DNA of 63,968 bases, filler included, from Octopus bimaculoides (GCF_001194135.2; 5 parts of 5 records of this genome joined end to end with filler, not necessarily neighbours in it), one strand, 5' to 3'; positions 24,807-37,847 are shown, counted from the first letter of the whole stretch. Program-made: numbers and translations. Notes: a model not told the origin generated them from the sequence alone.

Positions 24807-25353
24807 NNNNNNNNNNNNNNNNNNNNNNNNNNNNNNNNNNNNNNNNNNNNNNNNNNNNNNNNNNNNNNNNNNNNNNNNNNNNNNNNNNNNNNNNNNNNNN
24901 NNNNNNNNNNNNNNNNNNNNNNNNNNNNNNNNNNNNNNNNNNNNNNNNNNNNNNNNNNNNNNNNNNNNNNNNNNNNNNNNNNNNNNNNNNNNNNNNNNNN
25001 NNNNNNNNNNNNNNNNNNNNNNNNNNNNNNNNNNNNNNNNNNNNNNNNNNNNNNNNNNNNNNNNNNNNNNNNNNNNNNNNNNNNNNNNNNNNNNNNNNNN
25101 NNNNNNNNNNNNNNNNNNNNNNNNNNNNNNNNNNNNNNNNNNNNNNNNNNNNNNNNNNNNNNNNNNNNNNNNNNNNNNNNNNNNNNNNNNNNNNNNNNNN
25201 NNNNNNNNNNNNNNNNNNNNNNNNNNNNNNNNNNNNNNNNNNNNNNNNNNNNNNNNNNNNNNNNNNNNNNNNNNNNNNNNNNNNNNNNNNNNNNNNNNNN
25301 NNNNNNNNNNNNNNNNNNNNNNNNNNNNNNNNNNNNNNNNNNNNNNNNNNNNN

Positions 25354-25661
25354 CCGGAGTAAGCACGTAAATGTGATGAAACAAGGTGGAAAAAAGAGTA
25401 CTCAAATACCAGAGGTAGAGTAATATGCCTTTATTTAAAAGCAGCAGAAACATAACAAAAGCTGTTACTCAGAGTTTCACGTTCCCGTTCGTCGGGCAGT
25501 TTTGAATCAGCAAAAAGAAGAAAAGGTTATTTCTGAAGCCTCGAATAATGACATCCTAGTGCCGTATGGACTCCGAAAGGATAATAAAATAATCACTGAC
25601 GAACGAGAACGTGAAACTCTGAGTAACAGCTTTTGTTATGTTTCTGCTGCTTTTAAATAAA
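25354..25661. mobile_element. Penelope-type pLTR fragment with inverted partial duplicate, each arm containing a hammerhead motif
   Basis: Inverted repeat 25430-25493 / 25598-25661 (one mismatch); homologue at 52975-53100; AATAAA downstream of each hammerhead. Confidence 0.75.
25596..25630 (+). ncRNA. Minimal hammerhead core (stem I 5' arm missing)
   Basis: CTGACGA-ACG-AGAA-CGT-GAAA-CTC-T-GAG-TA/ACAGC; intact core, GUA triplet at 25623-25625. Confidence 0.6.
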
Positions 25662-26094
25662 GTATATATAATGTTTATGTTTCCAGAGTAGCAGAACGTT
25701 TTACAAGGCCACATATATCATAAGAAATAAGTAAGAGAGTACTGTGCACTATGTACAGCAACAAATATAATTATATTTCATTAGAATATAAGCATCGGGC
25801 TAACTGTGGTAATATCAAGGGATTGAAACATAAATAGGTTTTCTTTTATCCTTTTAATATTTATTACCGATCGATTGACCACCTAACTACACCTACCTAT
25901 CTATCTACCTATACACAAATACACGCATCAAGCACACGCACATATACATGCGTACGTGCGTACGTACGTATGTTATTATGAATGTGTGTATGCATGTATG
26001 TATGCATGTACGTATGTATGTATGTATGTATGTATGNNNNNNNNNNATGTATGTATGTATGTATGTATGTATGTATGTACGTATGTATGTTCAT

Positions 26095-26290
26095 TTCTTC
26101 TTTTATTCTTTTACTTGCTTCGGTCTGCTGGGCTGCGGTCATGCTAGGGTGGGCACTGCCTTGAAGGGATTTTGTTGAATATATTGATCCCAGTACTTGT
26201 TTATTTTAAAGGCTGGTCTTCATTTTAGCCGTCTCTTTTGCTGAACCGCTACATTATGTGGATGTAAACAAACCAAAACCGGTTGTCATG
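26095..26290 (-). mobile_element. SINE family A, 3' half
   Basis: Reverse complement of the family A tail. Confidence 0.8.
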
Positions 26291-26323
26291 CAGTGTGTGG
26301 ACAGACAGACATAGAAACACGCA

Positions 26324-26396
<73 letters not shown>

Positions 26397-27155
26397 CCTC
26401 ACACACACACACATACGCCCTCTCACGCACGCAGGCATGTACACATACACATGCCCACGACCCCCGACCCACACACAGCAAAAGCTTGTTCAACTATGCT
26501 CACTAAAGTAGCTAAAATTACGATTGTCTCTGCTATTATAAATCTTTTGAAAGTTAATATTCCAAGGAGACAGTCTGCTTTTATATGATTTATTCCGACA
26601 TTGTCATTTCTTTTATGAAAGGCCAGGGGCTTACAACAAAAATAAACACACCAATGTAACCAATAATTTGAAGATTTACAATCGAAATATTGATAATGTT
26701 GAGAAATAACTGGATTTAATACCATTTTCAGCTGTTATAGAAATGGAATTTAACCAGAAGTAATGTTTATACTTGAGAAGAGAACATGTGAAAACAGCTT
26801 TGAAAACGAAAAATATTCATACAAATGCTTTTCCTATTTCCTTCGTTTAATGCAATGTATGTAATAAATACATATGTACAGAAGAAATTTAGTCCTATAT
26901 AGATACCACAAACAAAGTAGAGTGACTAAAAGGTATAATATTAAACCCTAAAAATATGTTTTGCACTTGGAAATTTCCTCTTACGTGAAGGCAATATCCA
27001 AGAATACATATCCACTACTAGTACCAGCATTTGAGATATTTGACTGCACGATCCTGACATCGAGAAGAACCCCCACTCCCATAGAAATAATGAAACTAAT
27101 GAGCCCTGTCTAAGAAGAAATGACGAGAGAAAAAGTGCTTAAGATTACTCTAGAT

Positions 27156-27452
27156 CAGGGGTTTTCAAACTGTGGTCCGCGGACCATAAGGGGTCCGCAA
27201 CGACAAGACAGGGGGTACGTGGACAGCAAATACTTTTTATGGGCAATTTGATTTTATATATGTTTTTTAATCGAAATCTTTTAATTGACAATAAACCTAT
27301 TTGTTAAATACTGTTAAATAAATAAATGTAAAAATATATGTTATTTTAAGCAAATATTTATGTATAAATTTCATAAGCGTTTATAAGGGGCTCCCTAAGG
27401 TAAAGCCCGAAATATAAAGGGGTCCGCAAGTCAAAACGTTTGAAAACCCCTG
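27156..27452. mobile_element. Complete hAT (Charlie-like) MITE
   Basis: Perfect 15-bp TIR CAGGGGTTTTCAAAC; perfect 8-bp TSD CTCTAGAT at 27148-27155 and 27453-27460, matching the known NTCTAGAN preference of Charlie-type hATs. Confidence 0.95.
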
Positions 27453-27549
27453 CTCTAGATAACCGTCAAGTATTGTATGGTATCACCTTGACAACGCCTA
27501 TAAAAAAACAAACAAAAAAAAACCAGAAAAAAATTAATTTCAAATTTTG

Positions 27550-27730
27550 ACACAAGCCCAGCACTCTCGGCAAGGGGTTAAGTCGATCACATCGACACCA
27601 ATATTCAGTTGGTACTTAGTTTATCATCCCCGAAAGCATGAATGGCAAAGTCAACCTCGATGGAATTTGAACTCAGAATGTGAAGCACTTTTGGTCGGCG
27701 TGCTTACGATTCGGCCACTTCGCCGCCTTA
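27550..27730 (-). mobile_element. SINE family C
   Basis: Shared family C motifs. Confidence 0.82.
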
Positions 27731-28120
27731 ACAACAGAAAAAAAATACCGAGTTATCACAAATTCATTGGCTTTTTTTTTTTTTTTACCCGATTTATTTT
27801 AATCCTTTCAAATGGTAACTGAATTCACGCGAAAAAACATTTTTATCGTAATGGTTTATGTTATCTTTTTTTCTTTGTGGCTCTATTCTAGCTTTACAAC
27901 TTTTGTTTAACGTTTTTGGAATTTGAATAAATTTTATTTCTTTACAAACATACGACAATGAAGAACCAAGGAGAAAAAAAAATGAACGAATTTATCTGAC
28001 AGCCTAATATATCAACCAAATGCTAAGTTATGAAAATATAGTTTTACAACACGGCTGTGAAATACTCAAGAAACAAATAATTTCTGATGATGTCCAATGC
28101 AACACCAAACTTAGAAGCAT

Positions 28121-28651
28121 CAGTGTATCTCAACCATTTGCTTTTTACCTATAGAGCTCTGATTTCTATTTTGCCCACATCTATTCACCTAGTAATTCGA
28201 TGTTTAAAATGTTATATTTTATAGGCGCTGGTGTGGCTGCGTGGTAAGAAGCTTGCTTCCCAACAACATGGTTCCGGGTTCAGTCCCACTGTGTGGCACC
28301 TTGGGGAGTGGGTTTGGTAAACAGAAACTGAAAGAAGCCCGTCATATATATGTATGTATGTATATATATGTGTGTGTGTGTGTCTTTGTCCTCCCACCAT
28401 CTCTTGACAACCGATACTGATGTGTTTATGTCCCCGTATCTTAGCGGTTCGGCAAAACACACCGATAGAATAAGTAGTAGGCTTACAAAGAATAAGTCTT
28501 GGAGTCGATTTGTTCGACTAAAACCCTTTAAGGCGGTACACCAGCATGGCCGCGATCAAATGATTGAAGCAAGTAAAAGAATGAAAGATGAATAATTAAA
28601 CGAATAATTTTAAATACAAAATCTTATATGGACCCCGGTTGAGAACCACTG
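28121..28651. mobile_element. Possible old hAT MITE with nested SINE
   Basis: CAGTGTATCTCAACC ... GGTTGAGAACCACTG (13/15 TIR); no matching TSD. Confidence 0.45.
28222..28585 (+). mobile_element. SINE family A
   Basis: Head to tail, with a small internal deletion. Confidence 0.9.
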
Positions 28652-28789
28652 TACAAGACAAACCTACGTCAATGAAAAATTTGAAGAATAACATTTTGCA
28701 AGCGAGCAAAAGTTTATGTTATTTTCGTATGTTATTCGAAAATTTGGAAACGGAGTCAATGTCAATGGGAAATTTATCCTCCTTTTATA

Positions 28790-29620
28790 CTTTCTTTCTT
28801 GCCTTTAACCCTCCAACGCGGAGTATAGGCCACTTATAATTGAATTCCATGTCGCATAATTTTTCGCTTCTGTACTTATACTCTGCCATGAATGTCCTTT
28901 CTCTAGTTCCTTTTATGTTGATCTACGCCACGAGTTCTTAGGCCTACCCCTCTTTCTATATCCATCTGGATTCCACTGTAAAGCGCTTTTCGCTGCATTT
29001 CTCTGAAATATTTGCTCTCTAATTGGAACTTGATTCGTTCTTTGCCATAGCTCCATATTGCTTATGTGTTCGGGCCATCTGATTTTAAGTATACTATGCA
29101 AGCATCTGTTGATGAATGATTGTATTTGCTTGTTTGACTTAACTGTTGTTCGCCATGTCTCAGCCCCATACAATAACACCGCTTTTACGTTAGTGTTAAA
29201 AATTCTTTTTTTCTTCTTTATTGAAATTACACTTGTGCTCCATACTTTTTTTAACAGGTGGAAAGCGGTCCTTGCCTTACTTATTCTCGTCTTAATATCT
29301 TCGTCGGTGTCACCTGAGAATGTTACCTTACTACCTAAATACGTAAACTCAGCTACATCCTCCAGTTCGCCGGTTTCTAGTTTAATACGTTCACTGTTTT
29401 CTTCATTAACTCGCATAATTTTTGATTTGTCGCGGTTGACTTTCAATCCTAGTGTGGCAGCTATTGCTTCTAATTTTAACCTTTTATTTTGCATTTGGCT
29501 ATATGTTTGTGAAAGTAGCGCTATACCATCTGCAAAGTCGAGATCTTCTAGAGCTTCTGCATCCGTCCATCCAATGCCTGTTTGGCTTTCTCCTTTTAAA
29601 CTACTGACCATTGTTACACT
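28790..29620 (-). mobile_element. 5'-truncated RTE-clade LINE reverse transcriptase fragment (dead)
   Basis: ORF 28913-29710: LEDLDFADGIALL (YADD motif altered), FTYLGS, RISKARTAF, LLYGAETW, ALQWNP.GYRKRGRPKNSWRR; homology continues past a premature stop to a short (AAGA) tail. Confidence 0.93.
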
Positions 29621-29804
29621 GCGTTCCTTTTTGAAGGTTATACTTCTGCAAACTATAGACAAAAGATACCTTGTAAATACCTTCCTTCTGAAAGGAGGAG
29701 ACATTCTCAATTATGTCAAATATCTATAGAATACTTTATGTGCTTGCTGCTTCAGAAGACATGATGTTGTTGCTAAAACAATGTAATATAATATAACCGT
29801 TTCT

Positions 29805-30003
29805 ATTATAGGCACAAGGCTTGAAATTTGTTGGGAAGAGGTAAGTCGATTTCATCGACCACCCAATGCTCAACTGCTACTTATTTTATCGACTTCGAAA
29901 AGATGACAGGTAAAGTCGACCGTGGCAGAATTTGAACGTAAAGTCGGACGAAATACTAAGTATTTTGTTCGGCGCAGTAACGACTCTGTCAGCTCGCCAC
30001 CTT
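29805..30003 (-). mobile_element. SINE family C
   Basis: Shared family C motifs. Confidence 0.85.
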
Positions 30004-30016
30004 AAGTGTATCACAC

Positions 30017-30055
<39 letters not shown>

Positions 30056-30433
30056 TGTGTGTGTATGTATGTACATGTGTGTGTGTTCATGTGTATTTTT
30101 GTGTTTGTGTTTGCCTTCAACACCGCTGGACAAATGATGTTAGTTTGTTTACGTCCCCCTAAACCAAATGGCTGAAACATGTAAAAGTATATATACGCAT
30201 GTATGTATGTATGTATGTATGTATGTTCGACGCCTGCCATTCCTAAAGAGTACGCGCATTAGATAACTGCCTAGTTACCTAATATCGAATTAGCTAATAT
30301 CCGGTGCGAAACCAATTGGTAAGACCGGGTATTATGGATTTATAATTCTGTATACTTTGGTTACTATACCAACTCTATCGATAGATGGAAGAATGCCTAT
30401 TTTTTCTGACTTAGGTATTCTTAGATGACAATA

Positions 30434-30481
<48 letters not shown>

Positions 30482-30661
30482 NNNNNNNNNNNNNNNNNNN
30501 NNNNNNNNNNNNNNNNNNNNNNNNNTTAATTAATTAANNNNNNNNNNNNNNNNNNNNNNNNNNNNNNNNNNNNNNNNNNNNAGTTTTGCGTATAAACAAA
30601 TTAAATATAACAGCCTGGTTTATAAAATGTATGTCTGTATTGTATATATTGTATATATAGG

Positions 30662-30715
<54 letters not shown>

Positions 30716-30744
30716 TACATGTAGTTCGTTATGAGATGTGGTTT

Positions 30745-30798
30745 GCGCCTGAAGAATATCTTTGAGTATTTCTCAACATATGAAACTATTAATAGCGC
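30745..30798 (+). ncRNA. Probable type I hammerhead motif (imperfect stem III)
   Basis: GCGC-CTGAAGA-ATAT..TTGAG/CTCAA..ATAT-GAAA-CTATTAA-TA/GCGC; 4-bp stem I, palindromic CTATTAATAG, AATAAA downstream. Confidence 0.5.
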
Positions 30799-31813
30799 TT
30801 TAATACATGTATTGTGACCTTTAAATAAATAATATTTCTATTTATAATAATATTTATCTCTCACCAGATGGAATACATTTTTGCTGAATTTTCTGTCACG
30901 GATCAGTACATTATATATATATATTTATATATTTATACACACGTTTGTGTATGTACATGTATGTAAATATGAATATACAAATACTTCACACATACACATC
31001 GATAGATATACGCTTGCGTTTGCGTATGCAGGTAAGATGGAAACGAAACGGAAATGTATAAAGAAACAAAAACATCTGCCAGGTATTTTGGGATAGGGCC
31101 TGACTTTTATCTTCGAGGCTCAGCTGATTATTTATTCATTTATTATATTCAAAACCGCTTTTTTTTTTTTTTTGCCCTTTCTCTCTTTTTCAAAGAAATG
31201 ATAACCGATAAGGGTAATTAAACAAGTTAAATGTGTGTTAATACCCAAGTATTTAGATTCAAAGATTAACTCTAATCTTTTTTCCAAAAAATTACAAACC
31301 ATTAATATGGTTTCAGCCATTTAGAATGATTAACAATTTATTGCAGTTAAATTCGCTATTTTTTCTTCTATTTTCTAAAAAATAAAACTTCAAANNNNNN
31401 NNNNNNNNNNNNNNNNNNNNNNNNNNNNNNNNNNNNNNNNNNNNNNNNNNNNNNNNNNNNNNNNNNNNNNNNNNNNNNNNNNNNNNNNNNNNNNNNNNNN
31501 NNNNNNNNNNNNNNNNNNNNNNNNNNNNNNNNNNNNNNNNNNNNNNNNNNNNNNNNNNNNNNNNNNNNNNNNNNNNNNNNNNNNNNNNNNNNNNNNNNNN
31601 NNNNNNNNNNNNNNNNNNNNNNNNNNNNNNNNNNNNNNNNNNNNNNNNNNNNNNNNNNNNNNNNNNNNNNNNNNNNNNNNNNNNNNNNNNNNNNNNNNNN
31701 NNNNNNNNNNNNNNNNNNNNNNNNNNNNNNNNNNNNNNNNNNNNNNNNNNNNNNNNNNNNNNNNNNNNNNNNNNNNNNNNNNNNNNNNNNNNNNNNNNNN
31801 NNNNNNNNNNNNN

Positions 31814-31915
31814 TGGTGGTGATGGCGGTGGTGTTGGTGGTGGTTGTGGTGGTGGCGCTGGTTCTGGTGGTAGTAGTAGTAGTGGTGGTTGTGGTGGTGG
31901 TAGTGGTGGTGGTGT

Positions 31916-31965
<50 letters not shown>

Positions 31966-32129
31966 ACGATTACTTTGAATTTATGGTACAAGGCCAGCAA
32001 GTTCAGGATGGAGCGATTACAGCGACCCTCAGTACACAACTGGTACTTACTTTATCGACCTCGAAAAGATGAGAGTTCGTTTTGGGATTTTGTTTGCAAA
32101 TAGACAGACAGACAGTCAGACAGACAGAC

Positions 32130-32192
<63 letters not shown>

Positions 32193-33230
32193 CACGTACG
32201 TACATATTCAAGAGATCCGTTTTTGAAAAAATATAAAGAAATGCATGTAATTTAAATTCTATATTTAAAATAAGCATGAAATGCTATTTAACTCCAAATA
32301 TTACTGTGCCGAAGATAATAGTGGCAGCTATGCGGGGTGTATATTTGTATCCGTGTGTGTGTGTAGTTGTGCATATATATATAAGTATGTGTGTGTGTGT
32401 GTGTTAATTCATTTCGGTACTTCAATGGACCACTGCGTACAGAATAGCCGGAGGCAAAGCATTGTAGAATATTATCAAGTAAATTCACACAGATACCGTC
32501 AATAAAAACCCCTTCATGTAGAAATTCGCCATTACTACTACTACAACCTCGACCACCACCACCACCACTTGTACTATAGTCGACACAGCCAACACAACCC
32601 CCAACTGAACCACCACTGTCAACAACAGCAATAACAATAATATTAGAGCCAGTAACATTACCATAACCACCACCTGCATCACCACCACCACCTGCATCAC
32701 CACCACCACAGCCATAACCACAATCACCGCCACCACTACAGCTACCGCCACCACTACAACCCCCACCGCCACCACTACAGTCCCCACCTCCACCACTACG
32801 ACCCCACCTCCACCACAACCATTGCCTCAACCATCCCCCCCACCACATCATTGCCACTATCACCGCCACGCCATTCCCACCACCACTACCACTGTGACCG
32901 CCACCGCCACAATCACGAATATCGCCACCACTTCAACCACAACCACCACCACAACTACAGCCACCACCACAACCACCACCACCACCACAACTACAGCCAC
33001 CACCACAACCACCACCGCCGCTACCGCCACCACAACCACTACCACCACTACCATCGCCACCACTATAACCACCGCACCAACCACCACCACCACCACCACC
33101 ACTACAACCACTGCCATAACCACCACCGCCACAGCAACATCTCCATCCCTTTCTTCTTTTCCTTTTCTTATGCGCATCCACCTCATCCTCATCCTCCCAT
33201 CATCATCATCATCATTATCATCATCATCTT
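31814..33230. repeat. Mosaic trinucleotide (GGT/GTA, ACC/AAC/ATC) and (GATA)n low-complexity blocks
   Basis: Direct. Confidence 0.9.
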
Positions 33231-33791
33231 CCTCTTTAATTCTTCTTCATCGTCCATTTTCCTTCTTCCCCCGTTGCTCTCTCTCTCTCTCTCATCACAT
33301 TCATTTCTTCCTCTACTTCTACTTTCCCTTTCCCTTTTATTCTCATTCTTCTTGTTTCTCCTGTTTTCCTCATTCTTCTTCTTCAATTAGCAACGAAGGG
33401 AGGTAAATCTTTGTCTTCCTAGTTGGCTGCTAGGAAGTCCAAACTGGGAATCACCACCCCACTACATCTACACATTCAAAGCAGTTTGCCAACGATACTT
33501 GGACAACAACACACCCTGATAAGCTCAGTGGCTATTACTAAATTCAGGCCACGACGGACAGATAGGATGTACTTGAAGCTGAGGATTTTGAACTTACGGA
33601 GACAATATTTATATATCACCTGAGGAAACACAACTAGATCTCATAATGCAGGGAAACAGTTGCATAATCAAGTACCAGCACACCTGGAGAACTACGTTGC
33701 GAGGAAACAATTGTAGTGATTAAAAGATAAATGTCGAACAGCACCACTTTTGGTTGACTCCAATCTTTTCAATTGTGTTTGTGTGTGTGTG

Positions 33792-33827
<36 letters not shown>

Positions 33828-34239
33828 NNNNNNNNNNNNNNNNNNNNNNNNNNNNNNNNNNNNNNNNNNNNNNNNNNNNNNNNNNNNNNNNNNNNNNNNN
33901 NNNNNNNNNNNNNNNNNNNNNNNNNNNNNNNNNNNNNNNNNNNNNNNNNNNNNNNNNNNNNNNNNNNNNNNNNNNNNNNNNNNNNNNNNNNNNNNNNNNN
34001 NNNNNNNNNNNNNNNNNNNNNNNNNNNNNNNNNNNNNNNNNNNNNNNNNNNNNNNNNNNNNNNNNNNNNNNNNNNNNNNNNNNNNNNNNNNNNNNNNNGG
34101 AAGCTAGATGGAGAGAGAGAGGGACAGAAAAAGAGGAATAAAGAGACAGCGAAAGAAGAAATTGATTGATAATTTAATGTGTGAGTGGATAGTTACGTAG
34201 ATATGTAACAGTAGAAAGAATGGATGTGCGTGTGTATGC

Positions 34240-34306
<67 letters not shown>

Positions 34307-35285
34307 TCTGTGTGTGTGTGTGTGTGCGTGCGTGCGTGAGGTGTGTGCGTGTGTGTGTGTGGATGATAGACTTCTCTCACATGATGTCTTTGGTCTTCGT
34401 CGACAACGACGGACGCACTAATGGCGAGAATATAGATAGATAAGTGTAGGTATCTCTCCATCATATATCAATCAATCTATCCAATATTTAGTATAAATCT
34501 CCATCTCACACACGCACACACACTTACAGGTAGGCACAGACACGCACACACATGGACACAAGTACACATACTCTCTCTGTCTCTCACTTTCTTTATTTTT
34601 GTCCTTCCCTATTTCTATCTTTTTCTTTCTCTCTCTCTTTGTCTCTTTCTCTATATTTGCCTTTATCTGTCCGTCTGTCTCTCTTTCTCTTTTCCTCTCT
34701 CTCTTTCTCACACACACTCACACACGCACACACATTCCCTCTCCTTCACACCCACCACCTCCAACACTCTATACTACTTACCATTTGAACATAACGTTTT
34801 TTTCCGCTTCACCACGCAGCCAAATATTCCGCCTTCTTCCCCTAACACCCCCCCCTTTTTAACACAGTTACTGACCACAATAAAAACCACAAGCACCATT
34901 CGAGCCATCATCACAAATCTAACTACAAGAAAACCAGCATCTCCGCCGCAATTATTACCAAATTAACCGGCGCCACCACTATAACAACCATCGCCAACAC
35001 CACCATCACCATGGCTGCCATTGCTATGCTCATCATCATCATCATCATTACCATTAGCACAAAAGCCACCACCACCACCACCTCCCTTGCTATCATTATC
35101 ATCACTACGATGAACACAACCACCACAACCATTATCACTACCACCACCACCGCCACCACCGCCACCACGTACACATACACAACGGCAACAACGCCATCAC
35201 AATCACCACCAACAACAAATGATGGAGCGTCGGGTCTTGTGCTGCACGAAACAGCAACCAAATCTTCTTCAGATTTATTCCTTTC

Positions 35286-35569
35286 CGGGCATATGGCGTA
35301 GTGGTTAAGAGCGCCGGCTACTAACGTCAAGATTCCGAGTTCGATTCCAGGCAGTGACCTGAATAATAATAAAATATAATAATAATAAAATATAATAATA
35401 ATAATAATAATAATAATATCGAAAAATACCTTAGGAACGAGAACCCAGGTTCGACATTTCCCCAAGACACCTGATGAAGGCTGGAGGGTATATCAGCCGA
35501 AACGTTGTGTTAACAACAAACAAGATGAGGACAAATATCCGTCAAATGTAAATAATGTAAATAATGTAA
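35286..35569 (+). mobile_element. tRNA-headed SINE-like element with (AAT)n linker and 3' hammerhead
   Basis: A box TGGCGTAGTGG, B box GTTCGATTCC, (AAT)n 35362-35417, hammerhead 35466-35511, tail (AATGTAAAT)n; second head copy at 58479-58549 (-). Confidence 0.85.
35466..35511 (+). ncRNA. Minimal type I hammerhead ribozyme
   Basis: GACAC-CTGATGA-A-GGCTG-(10 nt)-CAGCC-GAAA-CG-TT/GTGTT. Intact core, 5-bp stems I and II, loopless palindromic stem III (AACGTT) as in dimeric PLE hammerheads; one extra unpaired A before stem II. Confidence 0.8.
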
Positions 35570-36714
35570 GGAAGAATACGTTTTAGAATGCCGTAGTTCC
35601 TAGATCAGCTCTGCCTGAAAGTAGGGATGGCCATAGATTTCTTCGTTTAAGGTTGATTTGGAGCTAAACATCATTGACATGCGAATACGAACAACACCGC
35701 CCAGCGCAAGCACTACCACCACCACCACTACCACCACCACTACCATCAGCACTTCCACTACCATCACAATCACTACTACTACCAACACCACTACAACCAC
35801 AACCACTACTACTACTACCGCTACCACAACTACTACTACTACCACCATCACCACTACTATCACCACAACACTGCTACTATTACCACCACCACTACTACAG
35901 CTATCATCGCAACTCTCACTACTACTACTACTACTACTGCTACTACTAACAAAACCACCACCACAGTCAACACCGTAACAATCAATAACACCCATACCAC
36001 CACAACCACCACTAACACCACCACCACAACCCCCACACAATCACCATCATCACCACAGTTACCATGAAGAACACCCGTACAACCATCCACACCACCACCT
36101 CCTCCTCCGCCACTATTACAACTAATATCTTAAAACCCCAGCAACACCCCCAGCAACCATCAACAAACTCCACACCAGCACCTGCATAATCATCACCGCC
36201 ACCAACATCAACAAAATTCCTACCATGACCACCAATACTACTACCACTACCATCAGCAATATCTGAACAATGGCCACCAACAACAATACAACACCAACAA
36301 CAACAACAACGCAAGTAGTACCACCAACACACTACCACCTGCACCACAAACACAATCTTTACGACCCCTATAACATTACCGCCACTACATTACTACCACC
36401 ATCTCCACTAATACCACAGCAAGAACGCAAGCAACAGTAACACAAACACACACCGCCAACATCAACAACAACAATAAGAAAAGGCGGAGGAACCTACAAA
36501 ATTTCCTTACAACACGCTCAGTCCTCTCACCGCCACCCTAATTTCCCCACCTCCGACCACCTTTCAGCCAAACCAACCAAACCACCGCAACACGGAACCG
36601 ATTAAATATGGTGGCCTGGTCGCAGAAGTATTCAGAGCGTCCGTACGTTGTAAAATGCCGTTTCGTTTAATCACCGCTTATAAATATATAAAATAGACAA
36701 AGCTCTGACGAATG

Positions 36715-36753
<39 letters not shown>

Positions 36754-37806
36754 NNNNNNNNNNNNNNNNNNNNNNNNNNNNNNNNNNNNNNNNNNNNNNN
36801 NNNNNNNNNNNNNNNNNNNNNNNNNATATATATATATATATATATATATACCTCACCTCGCAACGCTCTCCCTCAACATCAATGCTCCTCATCATCTCTC
36901 ACCATCCCAGGCAAACAGCCACCCGCCGCCCGATCGCCCGTTCACCCCCTCGTTCGCCCCACTCACCCTTCCCGCTACTCTCTTACCCTTCAATTGCTTT
37001 TATCAAAAGACAAAGTCAAAAGGATTTCCGAAAATTAACTAGAAATTGACTGAGAGATTACAAATGTATAAATACAGATAATATATATATATAATATATA
37101 TGCATACATATAAATATATACATACAGTCTTATATATACGTGCATATATACAGACATACACATACACACATATATACATACATATGTGGTGTAAGTCCGT
37201 CATTTTACTTGCTCTACCAATTCTCCTCCTCACATGCACACATACAAAGAACACAGGAAACATTTAAATATGGCCGCCAGCAATACTTGCTTGCGATCGC
37301 TAATCGCTTCATTTACAATTGATATTTCCGCCATTTTGTTTATTCCTTTTACCTCCGAGCTACAGCAAGCGTCGTTTGTATGCACCGGTGCGCAACACTG
37401 ATCGCTCACCCCACCCCCACTCTCAATTCCTCGCCAGCTTCGCTTTCGTTCGCTTTCCTTCGCTCACATTTTCTCCGTTTCATTCCCTTAACCTATCTCT
37501 CTCTATCTCGTTCACCTTGTTTCTCACCAAACTTCTCTTTCATCTTTATCGTTCTTCCTTTCTTCACTTCTTTCTTCTCTCCTTTCTCCCCCTCTTCCTT
37601 CTTCTCCCCCACCCTACTTCTCTTTCATCGTTTACCTTCACTCTGACTTTCACCCTTAATCTCTCCCATTTCACCTCCTTCCTCTCTTTTAATATCATTC
37701 ACACACGCTCTCCCTCTCTCTCCTTCTGATTCCTTCAAATTTCTTTCTCACTCCCTTTACATCTATTTATGCCTCTATTCATACTCTAAGTCAATTACTT
37801 TAAGTT

Positions 37807-37847
<41 letters not shown>

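Larger units (their letters stand above)
34890..36480. repeat. Mosaic (ACC/ACT/ATC)n low-complexity region hosting the 35286 element
   Basis: Direct. Confidence 0.85.
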
